Shown: piece after piece, positions 60,853 to 64,000 of the stretch
How positions within the stretch are numbered: the stretch's first letter is position 1
How the letters are laid out: every line of letters starts with the position of its first letter
Assembly (NCBI RefSeq): GCF_964213995.1
Contig: NC_135808.1
Coordinates: 12,834,001-12,898,000 of the forward strand
Length of the DNA stretch: 64,000 nt
Direction of reading: 5' to 3'
Source of the DNA: Mustelus asterias
Lineage: Eukaryota
Notes under the pieces: model-generated
Databases searched by the model: none
The model's input: only the letters and a program-made list of their open reading frames with translations
Told to the model about the DNA's origin: nothing
Translations under genes and position numbers: made by a program

Positions 60853-60980
60853 TGGCCAGGATTTTACCGGCACACCCGCCCGACTCCGGGGGCGGGCGAG
60901 GCTCGGAGAACGGAATTCTCCGTTGGCCTCGGGTGGGATCGTACGAACCTCGGGCGGACATGCCGGTAAAACTCCGCCCT
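60853..60980. repeat. Palindromic MITE-like element; related ends at 3129-3407, 4600-4726, 49767-49895 and 51930-52070
   Basis: GGCCAGGATTTTACCGGCA...TGCCGGTAAAACTCCGCCC terminal inverted repeat. Confidence 0.65.
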
Positions 60981-61584
60981 CTGTATTCAATGAATAAAGA
61001 AAATGTTACGAAAAAATTCAAAGTGCCGAAAGAGCGAGAAAACGGGTGCGTTTCAAACCTGGTTTTTGGGCAAGATTAAAAACGCAATCTTATATCACCC
61101 AATTTCAACTAAACACCAATGTGGGGACACTAACACGACAAAGCCAATTAGGGTAAAGGACCAATATTTTTTATTCATTCATTCAGGAGATGTAGGCTTC
61201 ATTGGGCAATAAATGCTTGCCTTACCATTCCAATTACCCTTGAGAAAGTGATGGTGAACCATGGCTTCACCATAATTAACAGGTAAAATAATTGGCTTGC
61301 TAAGTCATTTCTCACAACAGTTAAGAGTCAATCACCTTTCTGTTAGTCTGTGAGACACATGTACGCCAGACTGGGTAAGGCTGGAAGGTTTCCTTTCTGA
61401 ATGAACCAGATGGGTTTTTACAACACTCTATCTACCAGCTCGTTGTCATCATTTCAAACTCTGGCTTTTTAATCCTCATTTGTTGAGTTTCTAAATTTAA
61501 ACATGCCAGCTGAAATTTGAACTTATATCTCCAGAAAATTGGCCCAGCCCACAGGATTACTGATCCAGTCACAACCAGCATTGG

Positions 61585-62218
61585 GGCATCACAGTTCCAG
61601 GGACCCAGGTTCAATTCCTGGCTTGGGTGCATGTCTGTGTGGAGTTTGTACTTTCTCCCCGTGTCTGCGTGGGTTTCCTCCGGATGCTTCGGTTTCCTCC
61701 TATACTCCAAAGATGCGCAGGTTAGGAGGATTGGACATGCTAAGTTGCCTCTTAGCATCAGGGGGATTAAGCTTTTAAGTTTTAAAAAAAGTTTATCTAT
61801 TAGTGTCACAAGTAGGCTTACGTTAACGCTGCAATTAAGTTACTGTGAAAATCCCCTCATCACCACACTCCGGCGCCTGTTTCAGTACACTGAGGGAGAA
61901 TTTAGCATGGCCAATGCACCGAACTAGCATGTCTTTCAGACTGTGGGAGGAAACCAGAGCACCCGGAGGAAACCCATGCAGACACGGGGAGAACGTGCAG
62001 ACTCTGCACAGACAGCGGCCCAAGATGGGAGTTGAACCCAGGTCCTGATGCTGTGAGGCAGCAGTGCCCCCTATTGTGCCTCCCTATTATGCCATCATGC
62101 CGTCCATGGTAAATATGTGAGGTTAAGGGGACAGGGGCTGGGTGGGTTGGTTATCGGTGCAGGTTTGATGGGCTGAATGGCCTCCTTCTGCACTGTAGGG
62201 ATTCCATAATTCTATGAT
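61585..62218. mobile_element. V-SINE(+) interrupted by tail-B V-SINE(-) at about 61775-62105
   Basis: Plus-strand tail resumes at GGTAAATATGTG. Confidence 0.85.
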
Positions 62219-62656
62219 CAATGCTCCCATCCCCTTTCTCTTGGGCCTTCATAAATGCAAAACATCTTTGAACATTGACGTTTGTGTCAATTCTCAGTGG
62301 GATCAGGTTACTCTGCCACAGAAATGGAATTAGGGGAACATTTGCAAGAATTCCTGAGCTTTTGGGGCCAGTAGTGAGGGCCAGAGCAGATCGCAGTGAG
62401 ATAGAGACTTATCAACATAGCTGATGGACAACTGTACTCTATATATTAATATGGAGTGAGGTTGTAACGCTGGAGGTCATGAAGCCACAGTTACATGGGG
62501 CTACATGTGGACACTCCACATTTAAAAAGTGTTCAATTCCTCAAGACTCAATTTGAATATGAATGCAGAAGGATTAGAATTGTGGAAAATATTTAATATG
62601 GGTCTAGCAGAAACATGCACGGCCAGACTGGCAGAGCTTGTAGAAATAAGTAGGAT

Positions 62657-63085
62657 CATTCTTTCTGAAACGACCCTGTCTAATCCTGTTAGAATTGTAT
62701 AAGTTTCTGTGAAAGGGGATCTCATAGAAACGTATAAGGCTCTAACAGGACTAGACAGGATAGATTCAGAAAGAATGTTCCTGATGGTGGGGCAATCCAG
62801 AAGTAGGGATCATAGTTTGAGGATAAGTGGTAAACCTTTTAGGACTGAGGTGAGGAGAAATTTCTTCACCCAGAGGGTGGTATGTGGAATTCACTACCAC
62901 ACAATGTAGTTGAGGCCAAAACATTGTGTGATTTCAAGAAGAGGTTAGATACAGCTCTTGGGGCTAATGGGGATATGGGGGGAGACGTGAGCAGGATATT
63001 GAAGTTGACGATCAGCTATGATCAAAGTTAATGGTGGAGTGGGATTGAAGGGCTGAATGGCCAACTCCTGCTGCTAGTTTCTATG
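62657..63085 (+). mobile_element. CR1 3' fragment with inverted 5' duplication
   Basis: KGDLIETYK...RNFFTQRVV; 62657-62712 is the reverse complement of 62722-62777. Confidence 0.85.
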
Positions 63086-63415
63086 TCCTTCGCTGAGGAA
63101 CATCAGAGGTAGCTTGACAAGCTTGGAGAATGGGCTAACAAGTGTTAATGCGGGAAGACTGGTCAAAAATAGACAGATTTTTGCAGGAATTGCTGGGGTC
63201 GCAAGATTGAGAATGAGTGGAAATTATTCATTACAGTTGATTCCAATTTCTTCAGAAATGCAATGAGGGTATAAAAGTCGATGGGAGCAGTTCTGAAGGA
63301 ATTTCCAAACTTAGTGGGTCTTTTGCAAAAAAAAAATTTTTTTGATTCCAGTCCGCAAAGCAACAAGTTGATTGAGGTTAAATTCATGGTTTGGCAAAGT
63401 AAGATTGGAGCTCAC

Positions 63416-63611
63416 CCAAATTCTCGGTCTGCAACATATTAAACTGGTATTTGCTGCATTGGAACGTAGTGTATTGTAGAAGTATAATTACCAACTGGGA
63501 ATAAGGAAACAGGAGCACATACAGTACCTTCAAGCCATATCCAATACCCAAGGATGACGACAAGAGGCAAATACTGCACAATTTGGAGTAGATTTTCAAA
63601 TAACTCACAAA
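63416..63611 (-). CDS. Gene B most upstream visible exon (hydrophobic); two alternative readings
   Basis: Acceptor ttcttattgttccag at 63612. Either phase 0-1 to GTGAGC at 63415 (FVSYLK...VLYVLLFPYSQLVIILLQY...TENL) or phase 1-1 to GTACTG at 63527 (CELFENLLQIVQYLPLVVILGYWIWLE). Both join the next exon in frame. Confidence 0.55.
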
Positions 63612-63671
63612 CTGGAACAATAAGAAAATTTGTATTAACAGCATTTGAATTAAGAACATTTACATATTCAA

Positions 63672-63987
63672 ATAGCACAGTGGTTAGCACTGCTGCCTCA
63701 CAGTTCCAGGGACCTGAGTTCAATTCCAGCCTTGGGTGAGTGCCTGTGTGAAATTTGCACGTTCTCCCCATGTCTGCGTGGGTTTCCTCCGGGTGCTCCG
63801 GTTTCCTCCCACACTCTAAAAGATGTGCGGGTTAGGTTAATTGGCCATGCTAAAATTGCCCCATAGTGTCAGGGGGATTAGCAGGGTAAAAACATGGGGT
63901 TACGGTGGGCAATAGGGTCAGGGTGGAATTGTGGTCGGTGCAGACTCGACGGGCCAAATGGCCTCCTCCTGCACTGTAGGGATTCTA
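63672..63987 (+). mobile_element. HE1-type V-SINE
   Basis: Same consensus. Confidence 0.92.
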
Positions 63988-64000
63988 AAAAAAAGGGTTA

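Noticed and set aside
940-63771. Many 60-130 aa ORFs containing SLSVWSLHILPVSAW, HCLCGVCTFS or KPEHPEETHAD
   Set aside because: Translations of V-SINE copies, not a protein family.
1-64000. CRISPR arrays, rRNA genes or prokaryotic systems
   Set aside because: No regularly spaced repeats or rRNA motifs; the content is vertebrate.

Overview
This is eukaryotic, repeat-dense genomic DNA, almost certainly from a shark or other elasmobranch. It contains about 35 HE1-type V-SINEs, many CR1/HER1-type LINEs, Rex1/Babar, Tx1 and Penelope-like elements, MetaSINE/SlmI-like SINEs, MITE-like repeats and solo LTRs. Two spliced minus-strand host genes are hidden among the repeats and mostly missed by the ORF track. 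Gene A (about 0.6-11.9 kb) is a small type I membrane protein with one HEPACAM/CD2/CEACAM-like Ig V domain that lacks the B-F disulfide. Gene B (33.9-63.6 kb, 5' end outside the window) is the 3' part of a multipass membrane protein gene built from symmetric phase-1 exons of about one TM helix each, a CD47/Skint-like design. A young, apparently intact Gypsy LTR retrotransposon (40724-45401) has LTRs identical by eye, a 5-bp TSD, a YLDN RT motif and no tRNA PBS; a perfect 14-nt complement to its own LTR sits in the PBS position. Other notable items are a U2-snRNA-derived retroposed insert with TSD, a Penelope insertion with inverted pLTRs, hammerhead cores and a templated insertion from its flank, and deep TE nesting. 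All calls were made by eye; repeat boundaries are approximate and gene models are unverified by transcripts.
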